From the human T2T-CHM13v2.0 reference genome, Homo sapiens: a stretch of 64,000 nucleotides of DNA. How positions within the stretch are numbered: the stretch's first letter is position 1; every line of letters begins with the position of its first letter. The notes beneath the pieces were generated by a model, which was not told where the DNA came from, did not search any database, and worked only from the letters and a program-made list of their open reading frames with translations. The stretch is taken from the NCBI RefSeq assembly GCF_009914755.1, contig NC_060929.1, one strand, 5' to 3'. The position numbers and the translations under genes are program-made. Of the stretch, positions 30,984 through 44,152 are shown one piece after another.

Positions 30984-33383
30984 AAAAAAAAGCTTTTTAA
31001 TTTGACTTGTTATATTTTGTTGAATATTTTTGCATTTATATTTAATAGAGAAATTGACTGATAGTTGTGTTATGGATTGTGTATGTGCATATGTGCTTTT
31101 GTGTCTTTGTCTGGTTTTAGTGTTAGAGCATTGTTGGGTTTGTAGAAGTTTGGAATAATTCCCTTCTTTTCAGTTTTCTGGAAGAATTCGAAAAGAATTG
31201 ATATGAGTTCTTCTTTTGATGTTGGGTAAAATTCAGGAGCTGAGCTGTTGGTTCCTGGGTTTTTCCTTGATAGGAATATTTGCATTACTGATTCAATCTT
31301 GTTACTTATAATTGATCTGTTATGGTTTCATATTTCTTCTTGGTTGAAATTCAGTGGATGGTATGTGCTTAGAAATGTATTCACTTCTACTAGATTTTCT
31401 CATTTGCTTGTATACAGTTATTCATAATAGACCCTGATAAGTCTTCCTATCTCTGTGAAATAAGTTGTAATGTCTCTTTTTTGTTTCTGATTGGTTTTTA
31501 AGGTGTATACTTTTTTCTTATTTATTTTAGGTAATGGTTTCTTAATTTTCTTTACCTTTTAAAAACAACTATTTGTTTAATTGATAAATTGTATTATGTT
31601 TTCAGTCTCTATGTCTTTAATTTTTGATCCAATTTTTATTATCTATTTCTCCCACTATTTTTTTCAGCTTGGTTTGTTCTTGCTTTTCTAGTTTATTGAG
31701 ATACATCATTAGGTTGTTTATTTGAAATCTTTCTACTTTCTTTGATGTAGGCATTGATTGCTATAAACTTCCCTGTTAATGCTGCTTTTACTGTATCTCA
31801 TGGTTTTTGATATGTTGATTTTCTGTTTTTATTTGTTTGAAGACATTTTCAACTTCTATTTTTCTTCTTTGAAGTGTTGATCATTCAGGAGTGTGATGTT
31901 TAATTTTCATGAATTCATGCACTTTTAAAAGTTTCTCTTGTTATTTATTTCTGGCTTTATTCCATGGTGATCACAAAAGCCATGATATGATTTAATTTAT
32001 CTGTTAAAATTAGTTTTGTGGCCAAACGTGGAAAACGTTCCATGTACTTATGAAAATAATATGTATTCTGCAGCTGTTGGATGAAAATTTCATGACTAGC
32101 ACTTAGGTTCATTTTCTCTGAAGTGCAGTTTAAGTCTAATGTTTCTTTGTTAATTTTGTCTAGATGATGTGTCCAATCCTGAGAGTGGGAAGTTGAAGTC
32201 TCCCACTGTTATTGTACTGGAGTCTCTCTCCCTTTATATTTAGTAATATTTGGATTATATACCTAGGTGTTCTGCTGTTAGGTGCCTATGTATTTATAAT
32301 TGTTATATCATCTTGTGGCATTATTCCCTTTTTGATTATATAACTACCTTCATTTTCTCTTTTTACTTTCTTTTACTTAAAGTCTATATTATCTTACATA
32401 AGTGTAACTAATTCTGTTCACTCTTGGATTCTGTTTTGTGGAGTAATTTTTCTATAATTTCACTCTTAATCTATATTTGTGTATACAGGTTAAGTGCATT
32501 TCTTATAGACAGATGTAGTTGGGTCATTTTATTTATCTATCAAGTCTGTATATTTTAAGTGGGACATTTAATCTGTTTACATTTAAGATTAATATTGATA
32601 AATGAGGATTTATTTTGGTCCTTTTGTTAATTATCTTCTTATTGTCTTTATCCTTGGCCCTTTCTGTCTTATTTTTCTTTGTGGCTTGGTGGTTTTCTGT
32701 ATTGATAAGGTTTGATTCTTTTCTCTTTCTCTTTGTGTATCTGCTTTACCAGTGAGTTTTATAGTTTTGTGTGTTTTTGTGATGGTGATTTTTATTTTCT
32801 CACATCCAGATGTAGGACTTCCTTGAGCATTTCTTGTAAGGCTGGTCTAGTGGGGATAAATTACCTCTGTTTTTGCTTGTCTGAGAAAAACTTTATTCTC
32901 CCTCATTCCTGAAGTATAGATGTTCTCAGTATAGTATTCAAGGCTAGTATTTTTTTCTTTCAGTGCTTTGAATATAGCTTCTCATTTTTGCCTGGCTTGA
33001 AAAGCTTATATTGATAATTCTGATGTTAGTTTAATGGGAGTTACCTTATATGTGACTTGACGCTTTTATCTTGATGTTTTTAAAATATATATTTGCCTTT
33101 GACTTTTGACGATTTGACTATAATGTTTCTTGTAGAAGAATTTTTTTGGGTTGAATCTATTTAAGAACTTTTGAGCTTCTGGGATCTGAATGTTCAGAAA
33201 TCCTTTTGCTTCATCAAGTCAGCTGTTGAAGCTTTCTTTCTCTTTTCATTTATTTATTGACTTCTTTAGCTGCCATTTTCCTGTTTGCTTTTTTTGATAT
33301 TTATTTCCTTGTTAAATTTCTTATTCATGTTGTGAATTAGTTTTCTGATTGAGTTCCTATAAGATTATTATTTTGAATTACTC

Positions 33384-33674
33384 TTTATTTTTTGAGATAG
33401 GTTCTTGCTCTTTCACACAGGCTGCAGTGCAGTGGGGTGACCATGGCTCACTGAAGCCTCAACCTCCTGGGCCCAAGCAATCCTCCTCCTTGTGACTCTT
33501 GAGTAGATTGGAAAACAAATGTGAACCACCACACCCAGCTATTTTTAAAAATTTTTGTAGAGAATGGGTCTCTCTATTCCTCCCGGCTGGTTTTGAACTC
33601 CTAGACTCAAGTGATCCTCCCAACTCAGCCTCCCAAAATGCTGGGATTACAGGTGTGAGCCACCACACCTGGTC
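33384..33674 (-). mobile_element. AluJ
   Basis: J-type text: gcctcaacctcctgggcccaagcaatcctcc...ctagactcaagtgatcctcc. Confidence 0.9.
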
Positions 33675-34789
33675 GATTTTGAGTTTTTGTTACTGGCAAC
33701 TCATATTTCCTTTTCATTGTGGTATGTTACTATAGAGTTATTGTGTTACTGTTGTAGCGTTTTGGTTTTTTTAAATTTTTTAATGTTTCTTGTATTTCTG
33801 CATTGATGTCTGTTCCTCTGGGGGAACAATTGCCTTTTCCAAACTTTCAGGGTGGCTTTTGTAGAGAATTACTTTCACCTGATTTTGAATCTTAGGAGGC
33901 TTGTTAGGATGGGTGTGGTGACTGCTTCTGGATAGATGCAGTGACACGATCTCCATGAAGTTTCTTCAGCTGTGTAAAGTGTCAGCAATAGCTGTGGGTA
34001 TGTAAGTGGCCTAGGTTGCAGAAGTTTGCAGCAGTGGGCCTAAGCTGGTATGGTCTTAAGTAGCAAGAACTTTTCAAACCTATACAATTTTCTACAAAAT
34101 TAGGAGACTTAGCTGAAAATATTCCTCTTGGTGTCAGGTCTGACATGACCTAAGAGCAGCTGCAGTGGTTCCAGGTACAGGTGCTTGGAGCAGCTGTGGG
34201 GCCAGGATCCTAGGTTCGGGGTCTCACAAACCTATTGTGTCACTTGGTTCTTGGGCAGGTTTGTTTTCTTTCTGTGGTAGAGTGGATGTACATTGCACAT
34301 AGAGCCAGGATCTGTGACTCTGAGAAATCTTCTTGCAGCTCAGGCCCAGGGAGGCTCAGTTGTAGCTGCGATCCTTGAGTGCAGGGCACAGGACTAGTCT
34401 GACTCCAGGAAAGAAGTGGTGTTCTGGAGGTTTGGCCCTGGAGTGCAGAGTATGAATGCAATTCAGGAATCAGAGCCAATGGGCTCAGTGGCAATTCAGG
34501 TCCCAAGAGTCAAGGCACATTGAGTGGTAGCTCTAGACCCTGGGATGGTAGGGTTGAGTTGTATCCCAGACTCCATGAGGTCAGAATCATTGGAAGAAAG
34601 TACCCCAGAATAATGGAGCACAGCTTCTGCCTGGACGCTGGGGGCAGGGGAGGGATAAGAAACAGTACAGTGATGACTCCACTCCCCACGGAGAGGGGTG
34701 ACTCAGCTCAGATTCTAGATGGTTATTCCCACTTCACAGAAGCATGGTACTAGAGTAGTTTGGGCCGTCAGACAGAGCATCTCAGCTCA

Positions 34790-35480
34790 GCCATTGCTCT
34801 GTTTTTCTGAAATATAGGGTACTATGTCAGCTCAGCCCTGGGATGTGTAGCTACTTAGCTTAGCAAGGTACCATTTCCTCTGTGGGCAATGTTCCTTTTT
34901 GACTCATGCCCAGAAGATGTGGCTGTTCTCTGGGTGGCCCAACCACCATTTCCCTGATATGCAAGGCTCCACTTTACCTTAGGTTCTGGGGTGCATGGCC
35001 ACTCCGGGCAGCCAACACAGCATTTCCTGGGAGGCAGAGAACTGGTTCAACTTAGGCACCAGTAAGGCATGCCTGTTCTGAGCATCCTAGGTACTGTTTT
35101 CCCAGAAGACAGGGTATCACTTTTGTTCAGGCACAGACTGTCATAAGCACAACAGCTCTAGGTAGCTAAGGCACCATTCTCCTGGGATGCCTGGTGTTAT
35201 TTCAGCTCCAGCACAGTTGGACAGGGTACAGCATGATGGGGAGAACGTTTTGGAGCAGTTGTGCAAAGGCCTCATATCAGGAGGCCATATCCAAGTTTAG
35301 TTCAGCTCCCTAGGGGCAAAGCATAACAGTGACTGGGAAGGGAATATGGAGTAACTTTTTCAAGGCACCACTTCTCTGGGAGAGTGTGTGCAGTTTTAGC
35401 TTGGGCTCCAAGAGTCAAGTCAGTGATATGACAAGAGAGGTAGAGTGGTTCTTCCAGAGCACCATTTCCCCAGAAGGAAA
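34790..35480. repeat. Degenerate tandem array (8-9 units, ~75 bp then ~96 bp) in the L1MA 5' region
   Basis: Core like aaggcaccatttccctgggag at 34865, 34941, 35014, 35088, 35168, 35266, 35362 and 35456. Confidence 0.7.
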
Positions 35481-36117
35481 TTCTAAATAAGAATTATTTA
35501 ATCATAATATTATATTATGCAAAATATTGTTTTTAATTGGTTTAAACAGATAAAATAATATTCCATAATCTTGAAAAATTTATATTTCTTATAAAAATAA
35601 AGCTAATCCTAAAGGCTCAAGTAGCACACCTACATAATTATAAGACTTTACTGTAGTTTTACTTAATTATTCATAATTTTCAGAGTTTCTCACTCCTCTT
35701 AAATAGGTAAACTGTTCCCTTTTTTGAATTCAGTAAGTTGAAGGTATAACATTAAGAAGAAATGTATTGACTGAGAGTAGGCTTAGCCTCAAAAATATGT
35801 AACAGTAGTAAAATAGTTCATTGTATTTTAAATTTTAGCCATATATTGCTTAAATGTTTTTCTCTGCTCAGAAAAAGCTAATAGCTTGTAAAGGAAAACA
35901 CTGTGTGCTTATTTTTTATTGCTTGACATGTCTTAATTTAAGGTAAGTGATAAGTCACAAACCACGTTAAAATCTAGCATCAATATTGCAGTCTTTAACA
36001 AGATTACAAAGAAGAAAAGATAACTCTATTTGGCATTGATGCTGTGCTTTCAGCATGTGTTAATAAAATGTAATCTAAAAGGCAATTAATTACATGATTA
36101 ACAAAAGAGTATGTTAA

Positions 36118-36145
36118 ACACACACACACACACACACACACACAC
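36118..36145. repeat. (CA)n microsatellite
   Basis: About 14 perfect AC units. Confidence 0.95.
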
Positions 36146-36524
36146 CAGAATTGTTTTCCAGGAGTAAGAAATTGGAGAAAAGAGTAGCATATATTAAGGT
36201 GAATTCAAATTGCATTATGTTCACTGTTGCTCTGAAGTCAGATTAATTACATCTCCTAATTCTGTTGGCATTTTTTTAATTCTAATGAAAATACCTATGC
36301 TAATTAGATACTTTTAAAGAATTCTGAACCAAAAGGAAGTAAAAACTGACAGCATATAATGGAATAAAACAAATATGAAAACTTTCTACCCTTCTGTAGT
36401 CCTTTACATTGCTATTTATCTAAACTGTTGACTTCCCTTAAAGTAAATATTACATATATTTATGACATGTTGTAAGTTGAAGTAGCCATAAAAGTTGTAG
36501 AGCATGGCAGCATATTATTGTCAA

Positions 36525-37842
36525 AAGCTGCATACCTACAGCCATCTAATTTTCAGCCAAGACAACAAAATTAAGCAATGGGGAAAGAGCTCCCTAGTCA
36601 ATAAATGGTGCTGGGATAGCTAGCTAGTCATATGCAGAAGAATGAAACTGGATTCCTATCATTTATCATATGTGAATATAACTCAAGATGGATTAAACAT
36701 TTAATTGCAAGACCTCAAACTGTAAGAATCCTAGAAGAAAACCCAGGAAACACCTTTCTGGACAGTAGCCTTGGGAAAAAAATATGACAGTGTCTTCAAA
36801 AGCAATTGGAAAAAAACCACAATTGTGACCTAATTAAACTAAAGAGCTTCTGCACAGCAAAAGAAACTGTCAACAGAGTAAACAAGCTACAGAATAAAAG
36901 AAAATATTTGCAAACTATACTTCTGACAAAGGTATGATATCCAGAATCTATAAAGAATTTCAACAGTTCAACAAGCAAAAAGCAAACTAACCGTATTAAA
37001 AAATAGACAGAAGACATGAACATACACTTCTCAAAAGAAGACGTACAAGCAGCCAATATACATGAAATAATGCTCTTTATTGCTAATCATCAGATAAATG
37101 CAAATATTATGTCTCTCCAGTCAGAATGGCTATCATTTAAAATTAAAAAAAAATAGTAGATGATGTCAAGGATGCAGAGAAAAGGAAATACTAAACACAC
37201 TGTTGATGAGAATGTAAATTAGTTCAGCCACTGTGGAAAACAGTTTGGAGATTTCTGAAGTAACTTAAAACAGAACTACCATTCCATCTGATAATCCCAT
37301 TACTAGGTATATACCCACCAAAAAATAAATTTTTCCACCAAAATGTCACATGCACTCATCATTCTAATGTTCATTCCAGCACTATTCACAATAGAAGGGA
37401 CATGGAATCAATTTACGTGCCCATCAGTGGTGGACTGAATAAAAAATGTGGTACCTATACGCTATGAAGTACTATGTAGCCATTAAAAATAACAAAATAA
37501 TGTCCTGTACAGCAATATGGATGCAGTTGGAGGCCATCAACCTAAGCAAATTAACACAGGAACAGAAAGCTGAATACCAAATGTTCTCACTTATAAGTGG
37601 GGACTAAACATTGGGTATTAGTCGAAATAAAGATAGCAAAACAATAGATACTTGGGACTAATAGAAAGGGTAGGAAAAGAGGAAGGCAATGGTTTAAAAA
37701 TAAACTGTTGTGTACCATGCTCACTATCTGGGTGACAGGATCATTTGTATCCCAAACCTCAGCATCATGTAATATACTCATGTGACAAGCCTTCACACAT
37801 ATCCCCGAATCTGAAATAAAAGTTGAAATTATATAAAAATAA
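36525..37842 (+). mobile_element. 5'-truncated older primate L1 (L1PA15/16-like) 3' end
   Basis: cagccatctaattttc...aataaatggtgctgggatagc...ccaaacctcagcatcatg...tctgaaataaaagttgaaatt. Confidence 0.9.
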
Positions 37843-37856
37843 TTAAAATGGTAGTA

Positions 37857-38150
37857 CATAGCTTAATTTAGTGTGTCAACTTGGCTAGGCCATCCGAGAT
37901 ATATATTCAAATACCAGTTTAGATATTGCTCTGAAAGTATTTTTAGATGAGATTAACAAGAAAATCAGTAATTTTTGAGTAAAGCAGATTATTTTCCAAA
38001 ATATTGTAGGGCTCATCCAGTCAATTGATTATATTAAAAGACTGAGATCCCTGAAGGAAATAATTCTGGCTGCAGATTGCCTTTAGTCTTGAGACTGTAA
38101 CATCAACTTTTCTCTAGGTCTCTTGCTTGCTAGCCTACCCTGCCAATTTT
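37857..38150 (+). mobile_element. MLT2 (ERVL) LTR fragment
   Basis: ttaattttagtgtgtcaacttggctaggcca...gatgagattaac...gagtaaagcagatt...gggctcatccagtcaattga. Confidence 0.8.
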
Positions 38151-38199
38151 TTATACATTAAAAAATATTTTTCTCAAATATTGTAGTTCTGCTATTTCC

Positions 38200-38520
38200 A
38201 GAAACTCGTGAGGATTGTACTTCCAAGTTCTTTTAAAGTTGATCACAGTCATGAAACTCATCATCAAATGGCATTTGAGCAAAATCTTTATTCAATTAAA
38301 TATGAGTGGAAGTTTAAAGGCCAATGCACAACTCACTCAGGCATTGTGAACTATGTGTGCAGACAGATCACAACTCTTCCTTGGTCTCCGGGTGTCTCTG
38401 CGTCTATTACTGACTTACACTGGATATGTAAAATGAGTAAGAAAAAGTTTTTGTGTTAGCCACTGGGATTTCTGGTTTGTGTATTACTTTAGCATATTAT
38501 CTCATTTTGAATGCTATAGT
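38200..38520 (+). mobile_element. Old MLT1 (MLT1I/J-like) LTR fragment
   Basis: tggatatgtaaaatgagtaagaaaaagtttttgtgttagccactgggatttctggtttgtgtattactttagcata resembles an MLT1 3' end. Confidence 0.55.
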
Positions 38521-38529
38521 TTATGACAT

Positions 38530-40950
38530 TAGTTTAAACTACTGAAGTTAAAATGTTCTCCTTATTTCAGAGGATAGAAGGATCTTACAGTGACAGACAT
38601 CCATTAGTGAGAATTAATTTCTAGAGATAAAGTGAATACAGTAACCAAAGTGTCAGTAGAGTCAGCATGGTCAAAATAGTCTACATGGGAAATGTTTGGT
38701 GGCTCTTAGTTGATCATAGAGTCTCTAGCACCAAAAGTTATGAATGCCAATTAAGTTTTGATTTGGCTTATATGATCTCAAAGCTTCAGGTTTACAAAAC
38801 ATATCTTGAGCCACCACAATACTTCTATGACTCCTAAGCCAACTCCAAGGCCTCTGTAAATCAAAGCACCTAAAGTCAATTGAGAAAATTACAGTTTTGA
38901 CATTCCTGAAGAAAAAACACACAATAATACTATACTACAAATATATACTGATATTATTTGTCTTAGTTATCACCAGTGGAATCTTGGCATTATCAACATC
39001 ACTGGATATGGAAAAAAAAACACTAATACTTTCAGGAAATAGTAGACCTGAATCTAAGCTATTATAAATTCTCATGAACAAAAGACAGTTTTTAACTTAC
39101 AAGTAAGTATGAAAAATTATGGGAGTTGTTAAGAAATAATTACAATTTTGACCTATGCTTCAAAGTAAACTACATATACCCTCATTTTAATTTCTTAGGA
39201 TTTTATAAAATTTAAACATATATATGTATATATATATATATCATTTAGGAATGTATTAATATTTTGGAAGAATAATCAAGGGGAAACCCCAACAGTCTGT
39301 TCACTATAACAAAGATAAAAACAAATCAAAACAAACACCACCATCACCATCACACACACAACACACACCCCTCAAATATATTATTCTTGGTAGGACTGCA
39401 GAGATTTGTCCCTATTAAATCCTTGAAAGACATAAAAGCAATGGTTGCTAACACATCCTCATTTAATTATCTACTTCAGTTGGCTCAATAGACAGATGGG
39501 TCTTGGAGAATGACAGTAAATAATCATCAGTTTAATTGGGTGGTGAATCTTGTTACAGCTGCTGTCCAGATGTGGTCTCCCTACTGGAGAAAATTAATAA
39601 GGCTGCTTGTATCTTGCATATCTATTGATGAGATCAGATGTTTCCTTTCGTCATAAAAATTACTAACGAGAGAAGGAAATGTTTTTGTAAGGCAGTACCA
39701 AAAGTACGTATTTTACTCTACTCTTTTTTTTTTTTGGGTTCCAAGATGGCCGAATAGAAACAGCTCCAGTTTACTCTACTCTTAGAGAATGCACCACCAC
39801 TTCATTTCTGTTCCAAAACTGAGTTTCCAGGAAACAAAACCTCTCGCCATCTCGGATAATTATCATCTCTTCAAAATTTTGATGACATCATCACTGTACA
39901 ACCTGGAGAGCAATTGTCCAGCTTTTCTATGTTTGTAAGGCTATGGCAAAAACAAGTGTCACAAAAGACAGAGATGCTTCTCTGAATAAATAGCCCACTA
40001 GATCTTTAAAGTTTCTTGTGCATCCAGTAGTCAAGACAAGTTGAAATATTACTTTTTAATTGAAGAACAGAATGGTATACTTTATCTATTCTGGCAATGA
40101 TAACACTAAGCTTTAGTGGGACAATTACATTTTGAAGAAAAATATATCCTATTTAGATGTACTGCTTTTACCCATTTGCTGAGTATGGGAAAGACATTTC
40201 CAGCTCTGAATGCATTCAGAGGATGAGAATAAATTCTGGCTTTTCCCACAGTGGTGAAAGCATTTGACTATATGGACCTAAAGGTTATGGATACACAATA
40301 TCCATTTGTTTATGAAAAATTACACATGGCATTGAACCTGTGACAAGCCATACAATTGTAAATAAAGACTTGTTGTTTTAGGTCAATACATCGTCTTTTG
40401 TTGGGTTTTAGCACCTAGTTTTCTATGGGTAAGCAACGTGAAACCTAAGTAAACATGAAATTCAGTGTATCAATTTCAAACTTACCCTGAGCCACCCAGT
40501 AATTAAATTAAGTAAATTTAGTTATAATGCAAATTAAAAGTGTGCAAAAATGGCTGAGCCCAGGCATCTGAAGATGTATGTATGCTGCATAAGCAGACTC
40601 TTTATTTCCTACTGTGACTTCTGGTAAACATTTTCCACAATAGGAATTATTTTATACTAGTTGACTAATGAAGGCAAAACAACAATTCAAGTTTGATAAA
40701 CAAAAAAGCTTCACTTAATTTATTCCAATTAGCCAGAAATGTTCTGCTACCAATTTATAACCCAGCTTGTTAGAAACTTCAGAGGTCATCAAAGATGTCA
40801 AATACATTCAGTGGACTTGTCTTTAAGCAGTATATCTTATTGTACTCAGCTTGAAATATAAGGTTACCAGATTAAAATAGCAAATACATTCAAAGCAGTG
40901 ACTGAAGATTTAATTTACTGAAGGATTGTTCAGTTTAAAGGTTGGGGAAA
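38530..40950 (+). pseudogene. ERVL-class internal remnant (gag-like, then pol/RT), highly decayed
   Basis: From 39492 it reads [25 protein letters not shown](fs)[11 protein letters not shown], against remembered HERV-L pol [36 protein letters not shown]. NFDDI (YIDDI relic) at 39875-39889; gag-like text ~38690-38790. Ends approximate. Confidence 0.8.
39712..39783 (-). mobile_element. Minimal L1 insertion: poly(A) + inverted first 34 nt of an L1PA 5'UTR, with 14-bp TSD
   Basis: tttactctactctt (39712-39725), T10, gggttccaagatggccgaatagaaacagctccag (39736-39769), tttactctactctt (39770-39783). Confidence 0.9.
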
Positions 40951-41080
40951 TCTCAGAATATTTATTTATCTCCAAGAGCCCAGTTTCACTTCCATTGCTA
41001 TTTCCAACCTACATATAATAGCCACTATATTGTTCAACAATATCAAGACCACTCGTAACTTTTGTATAATTATATATTTA

Positions 41081-41157
41081 TTAATATATGTATATATTTA
41101 TTATGGTAGATATTTAATATATGTATATATTTATTATGGTAGATATTAAATATATGT
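41081..41157. repeat. 33-bp AT-rich tandem duplication (~2.3 copies)
   Basis: ttaatatatgtatatatttattatggtagatat at 41081-41113 and 41114-41146. Confidence 0.9.
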
Positions 41158-42253
41158 TCATTTGTTTAGGTATATATTAAGTAAAATATAATATATTATT
41201 AAAATTATTAAATATTTATAGATGTGTCTTTTATATGTTTATATAAATATCTACTTATACATTTTTGCTCCTTGATAATGGTAGAGGATAAATGAATAAC
41301 TTTTATGGACTAACCCCACTCTAAATTTTTGGTCTCCATATCTCCAACCCTCTATCTTTTTAAATATATATTTTTAAGAACAAGTCAAAGAAGTTCAGAA
41401 ATTTCAACTTTATTTTGTTATATTGTCTTAAGGTCTATGTTTACATCAACTAACTAAACAAATTTAGTCTTTCCCAGGCACTTGAAATAACACATGGAAA
41501 CCAGAAACGTCCTTTATTTTACCCTAACACACATTGCTATAATTATTCCACAATCTTATTATTTAATATGTACATTATAGAAGAGGTATAATTTGAAATA
41601 AATTATGCTAATGACTATGTCATAAATTTAGGCAAATCATCAGCAATTTAAATCCTGAGGACACAGGAAAATGGAAACAATAATTATAAGAAGACAAGTT
41701 TAAACATTTGAAAACAGCAAGTAGTACAATAAAACAATAAACAGCAGAAATAAACTTTATGAAATTATCAATAAAAGTGGAACTGGAATTAAAAAATGGG
41801 AGGAACTAAAAAAAGTAAATCACAAAATCTCAATTTCATGAATAAAAAGTTTATTCCTCCTTATTTTACTGAAATCAAAAATATTAGAAATGACCCTCTT
41901 ATAATCATTATTGATAAGTTTAAACCAGTCAATTAAATAAAATTAAATAAAGTGGACAAATCCATAAAAAAGATAAAGCACAACACAGACACACACACAA
42001 ATGCACAATCTTGCTGTAAATATTTGTACACCTGATTATGTTTTCAAGGTTATTTTTTCACTTGACTATTTTATGTCTCTCTATATATTGCAGTATTCCC
42101 ACATTTTAAAATTTTCATGGCTTATGGAATAATTTGCACGGTGTATACTTTCTGCTATTTCAATGTCATCTGAGGAATATTTATATAGGTCATGAATGAT
42201 ACCCTAGTAAGTTTTTAATGTAGTAATCTATTTTTGAAGAAATATATACAAAG

Positions 42254-42639
<386 letters not shown>

Positions 42640-42759
42640 CTAGATAATAATGAGAAAATAAAGATATTTTCCAATTCATTGCAATTTAAGTCCTATCTTG
42701 AGTTTGGAAAGGCCACAAATCTGGAAAAATAATTCAAACAGTAGAATAAGTAACTTAGA

Positions 42760-43605
42760 AATATTTATTTGATTATAACTCAAAGAATAAAAGGAATATT
42801 CATGAGTTTACATTAATAAAACTATGTTCCTGAGTAAATAAGTAGATGAGAATGTATATTTCTTAAAATAATTTTAAGTAGCAAATGTTAAAAAAAATTG
42901 GAAAATAGCACATTGTCAAAACAACACAGTAATAATTGCTGCAGGTTCTCTGATGAATTACTAAAGTTAATGATATTACTGTGTTGGTTTAACATATGTC
43001 CTCAAATTATATGATACTCCCTCAAAGAAGAGTTATATCTTAATTCCCCCTCCTTCAGTAGAGATTGGTCTTACTGACTAACTTCCAAATAATAGAGTAC
43101 GGGAAGAGAAACATAGTAACATTAAAATGAAGAAAACTGACAGATATTGCCTCAAACAGGTAATCAAAGTTAATGTCACTAGCAATAAGTGGTGTCAATA
43201 CCACACATCTGATGATAATAATTCAATCAGAAGAATACTTTACCTTGTTATTTCTTCCTAAGAATCCATACCCTCAGTCTATTCATGCGAAAACATTAGA
43301 AAAATCCACACTGAAGGACAGTCTACAAATTTCTTCATCAGTACTCTTCAAAATGCCACAGTTATGAAAGACAAGAACAGATGCAGAAATTGCCATAAAT
43401 AGAGTACATTATAGATTTGATACTGGAACAGAAAAAAATAATTGGTGAAGAAACTGGAGAAATCCTAAATGAAGTTTCTAATTTTTTTCATAGATTGTCC
43501 CAATGTTAATTTCTTAGGAAAAGTGTAAGTTAATACTCAATATTATCCTCAGAACACTTTCATAAATCAAAAATATTTCAAAAATAAAAACTAAGTGAAA
43601 AAATA
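42760..43605 (+). mobile_element. L1MC-type 3' region
   Basis: cttaattccccctcc...gactaacttccaaataatagagta...aggtaatcaaagttaatgtcactagcaataag...cagtactcttcaaaatgcc. Confidence 0.6.
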
Positions 43606-43786
43606 AATGAATTTTTTAAAATCCAGAATTCATTCAGAAAATACACTTGGCCAAGATTTATGAAAGCCCTGCCAAAATAGTGAAGGGATATCCTCTTTTT
43701 CATGTTATCAGAATCAAATCTCCCATCTCCCATGTTGTAACCCAAGTTACCCATTTGATCTTCTCTCTCATGAGGGTTAGCCTTTA

Positions 43787-44152
43787 TGTTAGGAAGTGTG
43801 CTGCTAATAAAGATGTACCCAAGACTGGGTAATTTATACAGTAAAAAGTGTTTAATGAACTACAATTCCACATGGCTGGGGAGGCCTCAAAATCATGGTA
43901 GAAGGCAAGGAGTAGCAAGTCACGTCTTACATGGATGGTGGCAGGCAAAGAGAAGAGAACTTGTTCAGGGAAATTCCCATTTTTAAAACCATCAGGTCTC
44001 TTGAGACTCATTCACTTTCATGGGAACAGCAGAGAAAAGACCCACCCCCATAATTCAATCACCTCCCACTGGGTTCCTCCCACGACACGTGGGAATTGTG
44101 GGAGTTGCAATTTAAGATGAGATTTGGGTGGAGACACAGCCAAACCATATCA
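43787..44152 (-). mobile_element. THE1B-like solo LTR
   Basis: gctgctaataaagatgtacccaagactgggtaatttatac...cccacgacacgtgggaattgtgggag...cagccaaaccatatca. Left terminus eroded. Confidence 0.92.

Noticed and set aside
34790-35480. Repeat-spacer pattern as a CRISPR-like array
   Set aside because: The repeats are highly degenerate, the intervening parts resemble each other, the context is a primate L1 and there are no cas genes.
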